DNA of 63,774 bases, the filler included, from Globobulimina sp. (lineage: Eukaryota): NCBI GenBank assembly GCA_003354225.1. It is 46 parts of 46 records of this genome, joined end to end, with 100 filler letters (N's around TTAATTAATTAA, not from the genome) between each part and the next. Parts side by side here need not be neighbours in the genome. Positions count along the whole stretch, not along the records: positions 11,118 to 12,406 come from PIVH01019345.1; positions 12,507 to 13,795 come from PIVH01019346.1; positions 13,896 to 15,184 come from PIVH01019347.1; positions 15,285 to 16,573 come from PIVH01019348.1; positions 16,674 to 17,962 come from PIVH01019349.1; positions 18,063 to 19,351 come from PIVH01019350.1; positions 19,452 to 20,740 come from PIVH01019351.1; positions 20,841 to 22,129 come from PIVH01019352.1; 38 more parts are not named here. The stretch is one strand, 5' to 3'. Under the pieces are notes generated by a model. The model saw only the letters and a list, made by a program, of their open reading frames with translations, was not told the DNA's origin and did no database searches. Positions 11,118-24,125 of this stretch are shown in pieces; position 1 is the first letter of the stretch; each line of letters opens with the position of its first letter. The translations under genes were made by a program, and so were the position numbers.

Positions 11118-12406
11118 CATATTGATCAGAGAAAAAAAATTCATAGTTTCTTTACTTTTTAATGGATACCATTGGATAATTACTGGCGCCACGTTCTACA
11201 GTATACCATTCAAAACAAATAAAATAAAATTCTGGTTATCTCCATATTCACATTAATGTACTGCATCCCTCCCCGCTAAGTTGAACCATCGGGTTCAACT
11301 GCTTTCTATTTTGGACTTTTTCCTTGCACTGACTCTGGTTTGTTGTTGTGTTGATTTTTACTCTACTTGGTTCTGTTTTGACTACTTTTAAAGCTTGAGA
11401 TGCAGGTTCTGAGGCTTTTGCTTGAGTACAAGATGATCGTAGTACTACTATTGGGGTGTTGATTTCTATGTGTCTTCTCATACACTATTGATTATTGTTT
11501 CTCTTTCACTCAATTATTTTCAACCTCATACCCAGCATCGTTTGTTTCTTGGGGTAGCTAGTCCCATTCCAAAAACCATACCAATGGGGTGTACTTTCCC
11601 ATGGTTTGAGTTGAGATTCATCCATTTACTATCACACTTTAGGGTACTTGAGGGCACATTACTTTCATTTTCACTCCTGAGTACTTTGTTGAGCAGGTTG
11701 ACTAGTAGATATCTTTGATAATTCTCCTTTCTTATGATTTTTTACATCTTTCTGTTTGTTTGATTGTCAGTTCAATGATCTTAGTCGCTGCTGTTGGTAT
11801 AACGATTCTGTCAGCCTCTGCCTTTCTTGCTCGGTTTTAGGTCCATTCTCTCAGCTCAATTCATTCCCATGTAGTCTGTTAACACTCTTGTCTTTCGACC
11901 CTCACCAGTTTCCTTTTCCTTCTCTTTCTCTGGTGGTAAGACCAAGTAGTTGTCATAAGTTCCATCCTCCCTGACATTTGAGTCATCTTCTATTACTTCC
12001 TTTATTAGGACCATAAGTTCGTCCGGTTATTCGACCTTTTTACCATTGTTTTTGTTGACTGCACCGTACTGGTATCACTTTGTATCAGCGATTATACTCC
12101 AATTGAGTACTTTAAATACATCCTTACAATTCTTGGTCCAATACAGCATCCATCGTAGGTACAAGTAAATGGATTTGAACTTTTCCTTCATGATATTTTA
12201 CTTGTGCCTTAGCAGTAAACCGTCTTTTCTGCTTTGTTCAAGTTGAGCCTCAACTTCATTATGTCCAACCATATACGGCTGAGTCGATGTTGGGCAAGCA
12301 CCAGTTTTGCCTTCAAGATGTCATGCTGTTCAATCGCCGACCAGTAAGTCTGTTCTTCGTTAAATTTTACCCATTGTTTAGCACATATTTGTGGTAAAAT
12401 CCACAT
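11118..12406 (-). mobile_element. Degenerate LTR retrotransposon (Ty3/Gypsy-like) 3' region
   Basis: Minus-strand purine tract AGCGGGGAGGGA (11277-11266) is immediately followed by TG (candidate 3' LTR start, 11265). Broken GFYHKYV-like pol remnant; no intact ORF. Confidence 0.4.
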
Positions 12407-12581
12407 NNNNNNNNNNNNNNNNNNNNNNNNNNNNNNNNNNNNNNNNNNNNTTAATTAATTAANNNNNNNNNNNNNNNNNNNNNNNNNNNNNNNNNNNNNN
12501 NNNNNNTCTTTAATTCACATAACTTCAGTCTTTTTTGGTCTGAAATAAATACTAAATAGTTAAACTTTACAGCCCTGAAAC

Positions 12582-13548
12582 ATGATAGTTTGGCTATGGT
12601 TTGCACCGATATTGTTATGTCATTTGATGGATTGTTGTCAATTCGAAATTGAAAATGGTTCAATGATTTATGGTGCCGGAGGAAGATATTCAACAAATTT
12701 AACAGAATTAATGTTTGTATCCATCGTCAGAACAAGAAATAATTGAGTTAATAAATATGGCACAACACACAAATTCAAGCATATTCGTGCCACAGGCAAA
12801 TCGCATTCAAAATCAGGCGGAAGAAAATACACAAATCCAGCAACAATTATTTATGATTAATATGTCTGTAAATATGAAGAATATCATTGAATTGAATATA
12901 AATGAAAATTTCATGACATTTGAAGCAGGATTGGGTACATTTGAAGTCTTTGAATATTTAGAATCATATAATTTGACATTGCCGTCTAATTTCGTGGGGA
13001 ATATCATGACAGGAAGTCATGGGATGGGCACTGTGAAAAATCCCATCCGTTTAGCTGCCACAAATGTGATTCATTTAAGAATGGTTACTTCGAATGGAAC
13101 GATTATTGAAGCAAATAACACATTTAATAAAGACATTTTTGATGCTTACCACACAAATCACAGTGCGAACAGTGCCAATATTTTATGGAACGCGATATTC
13201 AGAAACTTATATTGACGGTGTTGATAATATGGAATTGGTCGCAGAAATCATTGAAAACAAAGTTTGATATTTGCTATAACCGATATTCCTTTTTTGAACA
13301 TCAGATTCGACTCACAAATAAAGTGAGATATATAACGAATGGCACCAATCAAACAGAATTGGCAGAGTCACAGTCAGAGTGTATACGTAGATTCTGCAGA
13401 TTCTATGGTGTGTACTGATGTGTACTACAAAGCATCGCTAACGAATCCACCGCCGGAAACAGCATGGCATCCAACCTATGCATTGTTGCAACCACTGAAT
13501 ATGAAATGTTTGTTAATGCGGCATCATAAATTCATTCTCGTTCACTGA
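12582..13548 (+). pseudogene. FAD-linked oxidase (aldonolactone/gulonolactone oxidase-like), frameshifted
   Basis: Signal peptide MIVWLWFAPILLC is out of frame with YPSSEQEI…TFEAG…TGSHGMG…LRMVTSNG. Several frame breaks and apparent deletions. Confidence 0.65.
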
Positions 13549-16500
13549 TCATTTGAAAGAATAAGAATTTTTTTAGTTTGCAATACGTAGGTGATTCGGG
13601 ATTTTTTTTTTCTGAATCACACGTTTTAGAGTTAATCGCTCACTACAAACTAGCTCAATAGTTGTGTCTGCAGTGAATTAATATGAACTGAATTAATTAT
13701 TTTCCCTTTGTTTCCTCTTAGATTTGGTATACACAAATATACACCGATTGTATGTTTATTTTTGGCATATTGCCAATTATTGAAGCCATTCAAACNNNNN
13801 NNNNNNNNNNNNNNNNNNNNNNNNNNNNNNNNNNNNNNNTTAATTAATTAANNNNNNNNNNNNNNNNNNNNNNNNNNNNNNNNNNNNNNNNNNNNGATGT
13901 AAACCACTGAAAAATTAAAAATAGATGACAAAATTCGATAACTCTTTTTATCTACCCCAAATATGAGTTGTTGCTGTTGGATTTTTTTGAAGGGAAGATA
14001 TTGCATGATGATAACTTATTATAGGCCATTTTACACAATACCAAAGGTATCGCCGTAGAGACTGCGTTTGGGCGGCGACAAATAGATGTTAGAAAACATG
14101 AAATTTACGGTCCATTGACCTGGGCCGACTGTGCGCGCATACCCTTATAAAAGGATTTCGGCGGCAACAATTACATGCACCACATAAGGTCCTACACTTA
14201 GATAGCGTTAGACAGCGATGCACGTAAAACGAATGCAGTGAGACTAAGGACGATTTTTAAGGGTTATACATTTTGGTCTTTTTATGAATTTTCAAATTTT
14301 CTGGATAAATTGATGTGTCACGGTGGTTGGTGACAGACTGGTGAAGCACGAGTTTTAACGCAGGGGGAAATGATGATGCTCGGGCATGGGCTGATCACAT
14401 GCACACTTTAACGCCTTTTATGAAAGGGTAAAACATGCCACGAGTTTGGTCGGCGCAACGACGCACAATTGTTTGACAGAAGAAATTCCGACACTTTTAA
14501 AAGCGTCAGACTGTGACAAAAACGAACAAACACCGTATACTATGATACACGATAACCAAATAGAATGATGTTTTCGGAAATTTTACGTTTTTAGGGGATT
14601 TTCTTGCATATTATAATAAATTCCATACACAATAATAATAGACGACAGTACAAGGGAGTACCGCGATGAGAAGAAAGAAAAGATGTACAGTTGAGCATAA
14701 AAATGACGAAAATATGTTGAATGTAAAAAGGAAACACATGCACGGCGAGACATAAGAATATACCATATGTACAGGTTGAATTTTGAATAATAGACGAAAT
14801 ATGTTGTATATGATGAAAAGACATGTATGTACAATTATGTTGGAGCGAATTCGGCGATACACTTGGTGTTGAAGGACGAACTGTCTGGTGACATGACTCG
14901 TTTTTGGTGCTATTGAACGGCGAAAGTCTTGAAAGAGACGACCACCAGATACTGCAGTATCGGTATGTAGAAATGACTACGTCGAAACGTCTAGTGTTGA
15001 GAGTAAGACTAATAAGCTAACTATTGATTGCTTTCAGCCTAAGTACAATGTAATCTTCACCGTTTTCAACTCCGTTTATAACAGAATCAAAAACAACAAA
15101 TAATAGGACGATTTTTATAAATATCAAAACAGTACTTTTTAGACATAAAAGTATTTCCTTGAGGAAACACAGTTTTTGAGCAAANNNNNNNNNNNNNNNN
15201 NNNNNNNNNNNNNNNNNNNNNNNNNNNNTTAATTAATTAANNNNNNNNNNNNNNNNNNNNNNNNNNNNNNNNNNNNNNNNNNNNCAAAAATATTCAAAAT
15301 TATGTGAAAAGATTTGAATTAAAACATGACATGACTGCGACTCGCACTCGTATTTATTATTTATGTAATGGTGCCTTGCATTGGCATCAATCCAAACCGT
15401 GGGAGATTTGAAGTTATTGTGCTTCTTAACATTTGAAACAAAAATTATACCATTCGAAAGACATGATTAAATGGCGGGATATTCTGCAAACAAATGATCA
15501 TATATTTTGCGTCAATGTTAGAAGTTATCAGAAATTGTGTGTTGTCAGTGCTGTGGTAACATATAAACTGGGTGAATTGCCTTAATCTGAGAATTTTTGT
15601 ATCATTTTTACGGGTGCAGTGTATTGGTTCGTAACACATGCAATGCGATATATAGCATCCAATCAAACGCGTATGTTTGATCATGGACAACACAAGGCAA
15701 CTGTGGTAACCACTGCACAGACAATATTCACATATAAAATATCTCAGTTTTAGGCAATCCACAGATTCTAGATACAACCCATGCACTGATGATACACATT
15801 TTTACACATCATCCCTTATTGATGCACAAAAGTGATCATTTTTTTATAGAAAGACAGGCACTTTGTGCATATCTATCGATTGGTATAAATTTTACATCAT
15901 TCATTCAAAATTTGTTGGGCTTGGTGAACTCGCAAGTGTGAGTGTTGTTTGCCCTTCACTTTGTTGCGACATCTGGTGCTTTGTCTTCTGCAACGACACG
16001 TTTTATCTTTTTTGTTTTTGAGTCTTCTCCTGCCTTCTGGTGTTTCGCATGTGCAGGCTGCATTTTTGACGAGTTTACAAGTTCCCTTCTCCAGCATCCA
16101 TTCAACAGTTTTTCGTTGATTGTCATTGTACCGTTCTTCAGCCATTTTTGTTGCTCTTAGTCTGGTAACTATCTGAATAGCACTTTGTAACAAAAACGTA
16201 AGTTTGACGTCAAACGCTGTATGGTTTTGTCAAAATTTTGGTTTAGTGACAACATGTAATTATATGTAAAGTTGTAGAATATTATTCATTGAAGTATTCC
16301 AATCAATTTCTACGATTCAGAGGGACAAAGCGACAGATATATTGCGTTTGACTACCAACTGGTTGGTCCACAATTTTAAAATGTCAGCTATGGTAGTTAT
16401 AGTACTTGCAACATAATATACAGTGTATCCACAGATAAATGCTTCCAAAACAGTAATTAACAAATGACTAAAAGTGTTTCCCGTAAATAAAATTGATAAT

Positions 16501-16674
16501 GTGACTATTGCACACAATGGATAAAAATAATAAGGGATCCGTGTAATTATAGCACTCTGGTTTGTTGCCTGTTNNNNNNNNNNNNNNNNNNNNNNNNNNN
16601 NNNNNNNNNNNNNNNNNTTAATTAATTAANNNNNNNNNNNNNNNNNNNNNNNNNNNNNNNNNNNNNNNNNNNNC

Positions 16675-17524
16675 CAGCCAAATCTAAATCTTGTTGGTAA
16701 CAGCAAACACGAATCTATATTACCATTAACATGCCAATTACAAGCAGCTGCCATTCAATTCTCAATCGTTGCTTCTTTATTATGGACATTGTGTTTTGCT
16801 ATTCATTTATTTCGTATTTCAGCCATTAATGTCAATCCAAATTCCACTCATTCATACGCTTCATTGTTTATATATTTATTAATATCTATCCCAATTCCAT
16901 TGTTTCTTACTTTTTATATATTTGCTAAAGATATTGTTGGTATGTATTGTATTTGCAATTTTGTATTTGTATTTATATTTTTTTGCAATAGGGGTATCCT
17001 CAGATTTTTGGTGTTGGATAAATAATGATTATTTGGATGAATGGGCCTCGAAAATGTTATATATTGAAGTGGGCATATTGGTGATGATACTATTTCTCTT
17101 ATATTTCGCTATGAAATTTCATTTGAGACTATTCATTGAAAAAAGTAATAATGAACTATTACATAATAATAATAACAATGTGGATGGCAATGAGCACAGT
17201 TTAATATTAAGTAGATCTCGATTGTCATTTGTACGTACAATATCTGGTGGGTTGTCCTGTTATTTATTTGCGCCATTTGTGAGTTTTATTCCTGCGCATT
17301 TTAATTATATTTGTACCATGGTTTCATTAGAATCTTCTCAGCATGTTTTGTCATGGTATGTACTGTCTGGTGTATTATTGGGTGTATTGCATATTGGTAT
17401 TTATATTTGTGGCATCTCCATTGTTCAATATTCGTGGAAAGATTCGTGCTGTAACAATCAGCCAAATAATAATGAAAATAGTCATGAAAATAATCACAAT
17501 AAACATTATATGGAATTAGTATAA
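16675..17524 (+). CDS. cAMP-receptor-like (CAR/GCR1-type) GPCR, 3' part
   Basis: CQLQAAAIQFSIVASLLWT and WCWI motifs; intron 16940-16991 joins the two ORFs. Confidence 0.8.
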
Positions 17525-18062
17525 AACTATCTTTTTTATATATATTTATTATTACTTATTCTTGCTTTATATAACCTTTGTAATTTTGTTGCTTGCTTTG
17601 TGATGTATTGTTTTTTTTGTGTTTGAGTAAACCTTTTTGTTTTTTTCCTGTTTTGGTGGTGATATACAATACATTTTTTATGTTTTTATTATTAAATATA
17701 CGTATTCTTGTTCACAACAATATTTTTTGCATGATTTATTTATATTGAATTGTTTTTAATTGTAAACAAAATTGAAACTATTATTGTTTGAAACAATACT
17801 TCAAATAGGTCTACATGTGCGTTTTTGTTACATCACTTTTTTGTATATTATTATATATGACATCCGTTTATCCGATATATGGACATTGCACTAAAACCTT
17901 TTTTTTTTTTGAGGATCAACTCGATGCATGTTCATTTAATATGTAATTTTTATGCATGTACTNNNNNNNNNNNNNNNNNNNNNNNNNNNNNNNNNNNNNN
18001 NNNNNNTTAATTAATTAANNNNNNNNNNNNNNNNNNNNNNNNNNNNNNNNNNNNNNNNNNNN

Positions 18063-18632
18063 GATGGTATTGATGATATTAATCAGTATAATCAACAATT
18101 TTTTACATGTTTTTTAAATGGACTTAAATTATTGCCAATAACTGATGCCATTGAATGGAAAGTCGTTGCAGCGAGTCATGAAATGGGCAGAGCACAAAAA
18201 TTATCGTCCAAACAAACAAAGGCTGCTAGTTGGAGTGGAGAGAGTGCGCGTTAAGTCTATGTTTACTTAAATTGTGTGAAATTGATGATATATGTTTGTT
18301 ATTCACCAGTTCCTCAATGGTTTGTTATTGAGGCTGATATTCCTGTATTGGTTGCACAATTTGAATGGAAGAATTACTATGAAGACGATGATACCATCAA
18401 GGAATTTAAATTGCAAGTCTCAAACCGATTGGATGGATATAATAAAGATAATAATAATTGGATTGATGTACAATCGTTTACCAGTAAGAAAAGTGATGAG
18501 TGGCAATCATTTGCTGTATCCATTAATAAAAATACACAAAGATCCAGATATTGGAGATTTTTTGTAGTGAGTACTTATGGCGGATATACCTGTTTGGCTT
18601 ATTTAAAATTGACATTTAGATATCACCGCTAG
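18063..18632 (+). CDS. F5/8 type C (discoidin)-like domain protein, 3' part
   Basis: PQWFVIE, IKEFKLQVS, WIDV and RYWRF pattern; intron 18250-18309. Confidence 0.65.
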
Positions 18633-18921
18633 CTGTAATCTATATATATATACTGATTGAAATTAATAATGCTTGTGATGATTGCTCGAATTTATGGCAA
18701 TATTATATGCAAAAATAAAATGTTGTATACTATACCATCTCTAACAAATTGTGAATATTTGACTTTTTAGGTTCATACTTCTTTTGTGATTGCTATGTTT
18801 TTACTAGAGATTATTTAGTTATTTTAGTAAAAGTATTAAACTATAAAACGTAAACCATAAAGAATAAATATGTTATGTAGTGGTTATGTATACATACAAT
18901 ATAGTATCAGTCTGATTCATT

Positions 18922-19351
18922 TTACAACTTTGAAAAAAGAAATTTTTCCGCTTTATTGCGATCACCAAATCGTTTTGTAAATTGTCGAACAAGATCAATT
19001 TCCATTCTTTTAACTTTGCAATACAGAGAAATAAACCAATCACCAAATGCTTTGCAAATAACTTTATCATTTTCCAATTCAATCAATGCAGACTCCAAAC
19101 TTGTTGGTACTTTCTCATATTTCTCATCTTGATGTAAATCGCTGTCAGTTTGTTTACAAGGTTTATATTTTGGTAATATTTTATTTCTCATCCCATGCAT
19201 TCCCGCAATGACTACACAACTAATAACGTAATATGGGTTGGATGCAGCGCACGGCAGTCGATATTCAAAATAACAATCATTAATATTATTGTCATCCATT
19301 TTAATTCGTAGTGCACATAATCTGTTTTTAAATCCATATGAAGCATTATTT
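18922..19351 (-). CDS. Glutamine synthetase type I-like (lengsin/GlnA-like) C-terminus
   Basis: SYGFKNRLCALRI…FEYRLPCAASNPY…VPTSLESAL…FG. Confidence 0.85.
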
Positions 19352-19451
19352 NNNNNNNNNNNNNNNNNNNNNNNNNNNNNNNNNNNNNNNNNNNNTTAAT
19401 TAATTAANNNNNNNNNNNNNNNNNNNNNNNNNNNNNNNNNNNNNNNNNNNN

Positions 19452-20740
19452 TTTATTTACATAAAATGATAACGATTCAAATGTTGCTAATGAATCAATT
19501 ATATATTTAATATATGGACATTGTGATAAGTCACTACAATTTTCTTTATTTTTAACAGTTAACGTGGTTGCAATGGTTTTGTGACTTAATTTTTTCATCC
19601 AATCTCTACAAAGTAGCCAATATGGAATTTGATCATTTTTAGTAAAATAGTTTTTGATGAAGCAAGTATTATTTTGATTGGCTTCAGCTTCGCCGATATC
19701 AAATAAAATTGCATCCGAATCATACTCATTTTCAATCAAATACTCGTTAAACTGTTTAATTATAAGTTGATCATTTTGTATATGTGCTGCTAATTGAATC
19801 GTTAATATGTCACTAAATAATAACATTCCCAGATCATCATATTTATAGTCATCAAATACAACATTACGGTTATAATTCAATGAAACAAATGTATGATTTG
19901 TAATCATTTTATAATATTTGTTAAATAAATCATCGTTCAATTTAAGGCAGAAACCATGTTTATAATTATTATCATATATATTATCTAAAAATTGAGCCTC
20001 TGACATTGCATTTGATTTAATAAATAATCGCGGTACAATTTGTGTGAGGAATTCAGGATAAAAACGCAATTTATCACCAATGCCATATCGCAAATATGCT
20101 CTGGTTACATTGTTACTCACTACATCACCAAATGAGACATAAAAATCAAAGCCAATAAAATAATTTGACTGTAATTCAGTAAACATATTAATATTCTGTG
20201 TTGAAAATAGATACAAAATATCATTTATTTCGTTATTTAAATGCCGTCGATCAATGATAATCATAATTTGTTTTGTTTTATCTTGTTTTATGTCATAAAG
20301 ATTATAATACTCAATTAACAATTTCTTAATATCATTAGCATGGTTAAGCTCATTTAATCGAACGATATTTCGATGGAAATTATATACTTTTTTAGATAAT
20401 AAATATCTATCAATGCTGTCAATACTCGGTTTAAATAGCAAATTATTGTCATATACACATGATATCTGTTGAGGTATAATCACGGAATATAATCGAAATT
20501 CTGCTGCAGTAATATTGTCTGCATGCTCTGCGTCTGATTTATCATCATCAGAATCTAAATCATCATCAGAATCATAATCATCTAATTCTTCTGCGACGCG
20601 TCCATTACCTTCTATCTCTTTCACATAATGTGATATTCCAAACACATACTTGATAATTTCAAACAAATCATCGTTAATCAAATAATGTGGATAGAAATTA
20701 AACTCTGGTTTAAATACAATATTTTTTAAATGCTTTGCTC
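19452..20740 (-). CDS. Lineage-specific hypothetical protein (internal fragment)
   Basis: Open frame across the whole contig; no recognised domain. Confidence 0.6.
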
Positions 20741-21526
20741 NNNNNNNNNNNNNNNNNNNNNNNNNNNNNNNNNNNNNNNNNNNNTTAATTAATTAANNNN
20801 NNNNNNNNNNNNNNNNNNNNNNNNNNNNNNNNNNNNNNNNAAGCTTTCATAATATTTTAATGCTTTCGTCACTCTTTGAACCGCTTTGCATCCATTTACT
20901 GCGCAGTTAGCACTGTCATTTATTTCTGTGCTTAAAAAAAAATTAAAATCAAGGCTTGGTTTGCTGGCTTTTGATGGTTTGGTGGTATTTGCAGTTTTAT
21001 TGTCTTTTGGATGTGGCTGATGATGATTCCCCATCGACAATTAATTGCTGAAACGAATGAGTTTAAAGGCTAAAATAATTATAATCAAACTGTTTCCATC
21101 CAAAAACAGTGCTGAATCTGTGTGGTTTCTTAAGTTATAAAAAACATTCCCTTTCCACAATGGCAATACCAATTACAAATTCTAGTTTTTATGTCGCGGT
21201 ATGTTAATATGTTTTTGTGTAGTTACTTCGCAATTATGATATATAAATTAAAAAGCAAACAAATAAGGCAACCAACTATTTGTTAATAAAGCAGGTTTGT
21301 CAAATGTAAGTTAACTAATATGACAGTTTATCTGACTATGATTCTTCTGGATCTGATAGATATTACGTCCTGACGTTAGTATAGGACGTCATGACGTCTT
21401 ATAAGATGTCCTGACGTCCACTTTAGTGATGCAAATGGATTAGCCCAGCAATCCACGCATGGTGGAACATTTCTTTGTTCGCTGATTTGATTTGACATGA
21501 AAAATATATATTTTTTCCAAATCAGA

Positions 21527-22075
21527 TCAGCGAACAAATGAGATTGGTGCTGGAAACGGATTAACCCAGCAAGTTATAATAAGTTCATCCAAAATATTAA
21601 TTGTTCCAATGGAATATGATGAAATTGGATGTCTTTTATGTTTAATATTATCGTTTACTACATAATTACACAGAAATTGAAAAGCATTGTTGCAGTCATA
21701 ATCGTTCCATTTCAGCGATGATGAGGCGAAATGAATGTAGTTTTGCGTTCCAGCATTGTTTGGTTCGCCATCATCCCATGGATAAATACTTAAATTGGTG
21801 CCATAATTAAATGGTGATGTATCTGTCCAGTAGTAATTACCTTCGTCATTTATGTCATTCAAACCTATCCAAATGTTAACATTTTCAGTTAATTCTGCTG
21901 CGGACATCATTTGATTATCATTATGTATTGAACATAGAGAGGAACCATGGTGGAATGAACAATATGAATCTGCGCCGCGAAAAGATAATGAAATATATTC
22001 ACGGGTGTAGTTTTGACAGAATATAATTTGGATGTTGACGGAAAATAATGAAAAGCAGAGCCATGGTAAGCACAT
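21527..22075 (-). CDS. Secreted C-type lectin domain protein
   Basis: Signal peptide; YC…LCSIH, WIGLND…EG…W.D, W…EPNN and WND..C…FLC. EPN is the mannose-type motif. Confidence 0.9.
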   Translation of the reverse strand: MCLPWLCFSLFSVNIQIIFCQNYTREYISLSFRGADSYCSFHHGSSLCSIHNDNQMMSAAELTENVNIWIGLNDINDEGNYYWTDTSPFNYGTNLSIYPWDDGEPNNAGTQNYIHFASSSLKWNDYDCNNAFQFLCNYVVNDNIKHKRHPISSYSIGTINILDELIITCWVNPFPAPISFVR

Positions 22076-22229
22076 GGTAAAATACTAAAAGTTTGTTATC
22101 TCATACTCTGTCAGTACCATTGACACAGANNNNNNNNNNNNNNNNNNNNNNNNNNNNNNNNNNNNNNNNNNNNTTAATTAATTAANNNNNNNNNNNNNNN
22201 NNNNNNNNNNNNNNNNNNNNNNNNNNNNN

Positions 22230-23518
22230 TTAAATTTCTCAAATTCGTCTTCATCAATTGTCACTGCGGCAGTTACTCCATATTTTGTATTTAATAAGCT
22301 TGAAATGCACAAATCTTCCCATTGTTTAACACCACAAATCTTATTATAATTGTTTTTTTTCAAATCATTCAGAATTCTGTTTACAATTTGTCTATTTATT
22401 AAATATCCTGCACCACCTGGTCACAATTGAATAATTCACTAAGGTTGACGTGCAAAATGAAAAAGTTTTCGCTTAAGCTTAACTAAAATTGTCTTGTAAA
22501 TTATTCAATTGTACACCTGACGTAAATATTGATTTTTTATTATTTGGATTGGTTTGTAATCTGTTGCCTAACCACCACATTGCTTTATTTTTATATTTTT
22601 CCATTGCTATTAAATAATTCAATAAGTTTTTCAGAATAACATAAGTTACATCGTCCAATTTAAATATCCATTCAATTGAACTATCTCCTCCAAACTGTTG
22701 AATTGCCCACAATAAACTCATACCACTTTCGGCTTCAAACGGTGGTTCAATAACATCATGAAACAGTTTACCATCACTATTATTGTTGAATTTTTGTGAT
22801 TCACTGTTTACAAATTTCATATTTAAATCACATGATTTATATCGTTTACCCCATGTTCTTAAAATCATTTCTCTTCCATCCACCCCTTTGTCTTGAATGG
22901 ATGACCGAAATATTAAAAACAATACGCTCGACAGCACTGCGCAATCACTGTTTTTTTGTATTTGTTTCATTGTACAATCACATAATAAGGAAACCGTTTT
23001 ATCTCTGTTTGATATCATATCTTCATAGCGAACTACTATAAAACTATTATTATTATCCAGGGCAAGCACGCCGCTATAATATGCATTCCATGCTGTTATG
23101 GCCTGTTTTGTGTTTGTATTTGTGTTTTCGTTGCGATATAAATCTATCCAATGTAATGGATCAATTATAACAATAACAGTTAATATTAATGATTCGTGAT
23201 CCGATTGTTTTGCGTTTGTGTTTATGTTTATATTTGAAGCACAGTCTTCATTCAATGCATTGGATACATCGTATTCAAATTGATGCTCAGTGTGGATTGA
23301 TAAACGTTTCCACTGTTTTGCATCACAATATTTGTCATAATTGTAAATGAATAAATTGTGTTTCCGTTGGTGCGGAGTGTATTTATTATCAATGTAGTTA
23401 TCTGCTATTGGTGCTGCGCCATGATAATGTATTAATGCAGTCACCATCAGATACATAATAGCGACAAGAAACAAATATGTAAGCAATGCGCGGGAATTAA
23501 AGTATTTGTGGAGATTTA
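22230..23518 (-). CDS. GT31 core-1 beta-1,3-galactosyltransferase-like glycosyltransferase (partial)
   Basis: TWGKR and WIFKLDDVTYVI..NL. Splicing the 22417-22516 intron gives FTSGGAGYLI, followed by WEDL. Confidence 0.85.
22415..22519 (-). mobile_element. Introner-like TIR element forming a 100-nt intron
   Basis: TIRs GTCACAATTGAATAATT / AATTATTCAATTGTAC are flanked by direct repeat ACCTG (CAGGT on the coding strand). Confidence 0.75.
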
Positions 23519-23618
23519 NNNNNNNNNNNNNNNNNNNNNNNNNNNNNNNNNNNNNNNNNNNNTTAATTAATTAANNNNNNNNNNNNNNNNNNNNNNNNNN
23601 NNNNNNNNNNNNNNNNNN

Positions 23619-23837
23619 CCAAGCATTATATTTGTTGACGAGGCAACGAGTGCTTTAGACTCAGTGAATGAGGAATTAATGTATAAACAATTGAAAGATA
23701 TGAATGTTTCATTGCTGTCAGTTGGCCATCACCAAGAACTGGCGCGATTCCATGACTTTGTTTTACAATTTCAAAAGGATGGTAAATGGCAATTATTTGA
23801 TTCAAAAGAGTTTGTAAATCATAAACATTCTATTTAA
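23619..23837 (+). CDS. ABCD-type ABC transporter C-terminus
   Basis: FVDEATSALD (Walker B/D-loop), LLSVGH (H-loop) and FHDFVL; not in the ORF track because it lacks a start. Confidence 0.85.
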   Translation, partial: PSIIFVDEATSALDSVNEELMYKQLKDMNVSLLSVGHHQELARFHDFVLQFQKDGKWQLFDSKEFVNHKHSI

Positions 23838-24125
23838 ATCTGTTTGGTTTTTAACTTACTTGAAAGGTTTTCACAGACAAAAGCACGTAATGCCGCTCAG
23901 CTCCGTAACATATTACTTTTGAAAACAATGTGTTGAACTTTCTGTAAGAAAAGTTGAGGTAAAATTAAAGTTACTAAATTAGTACAGTACATATAAGCAG
24001 ATAATATATAGAGTATACAAACAGAAAACTCGATCTACATATTGAGATCTGACAAACACAAATTAAACTTATTACATAATTGAATGATTCATACGCAATC
24101 AATGGAAATGACGTTGCAATAAACT

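Noticed and set aside
13896-15184. Gene in an alternative code or in reversed (non-complemented) orientation
   Set aside because: Manual translation under these assumptions gave all three stop types and no recognisable protein.
15285-16573. Short Cys/Arg-rich minus-strand ORFs
   Set aside because: No recognisable motifs or consistent exon structure.
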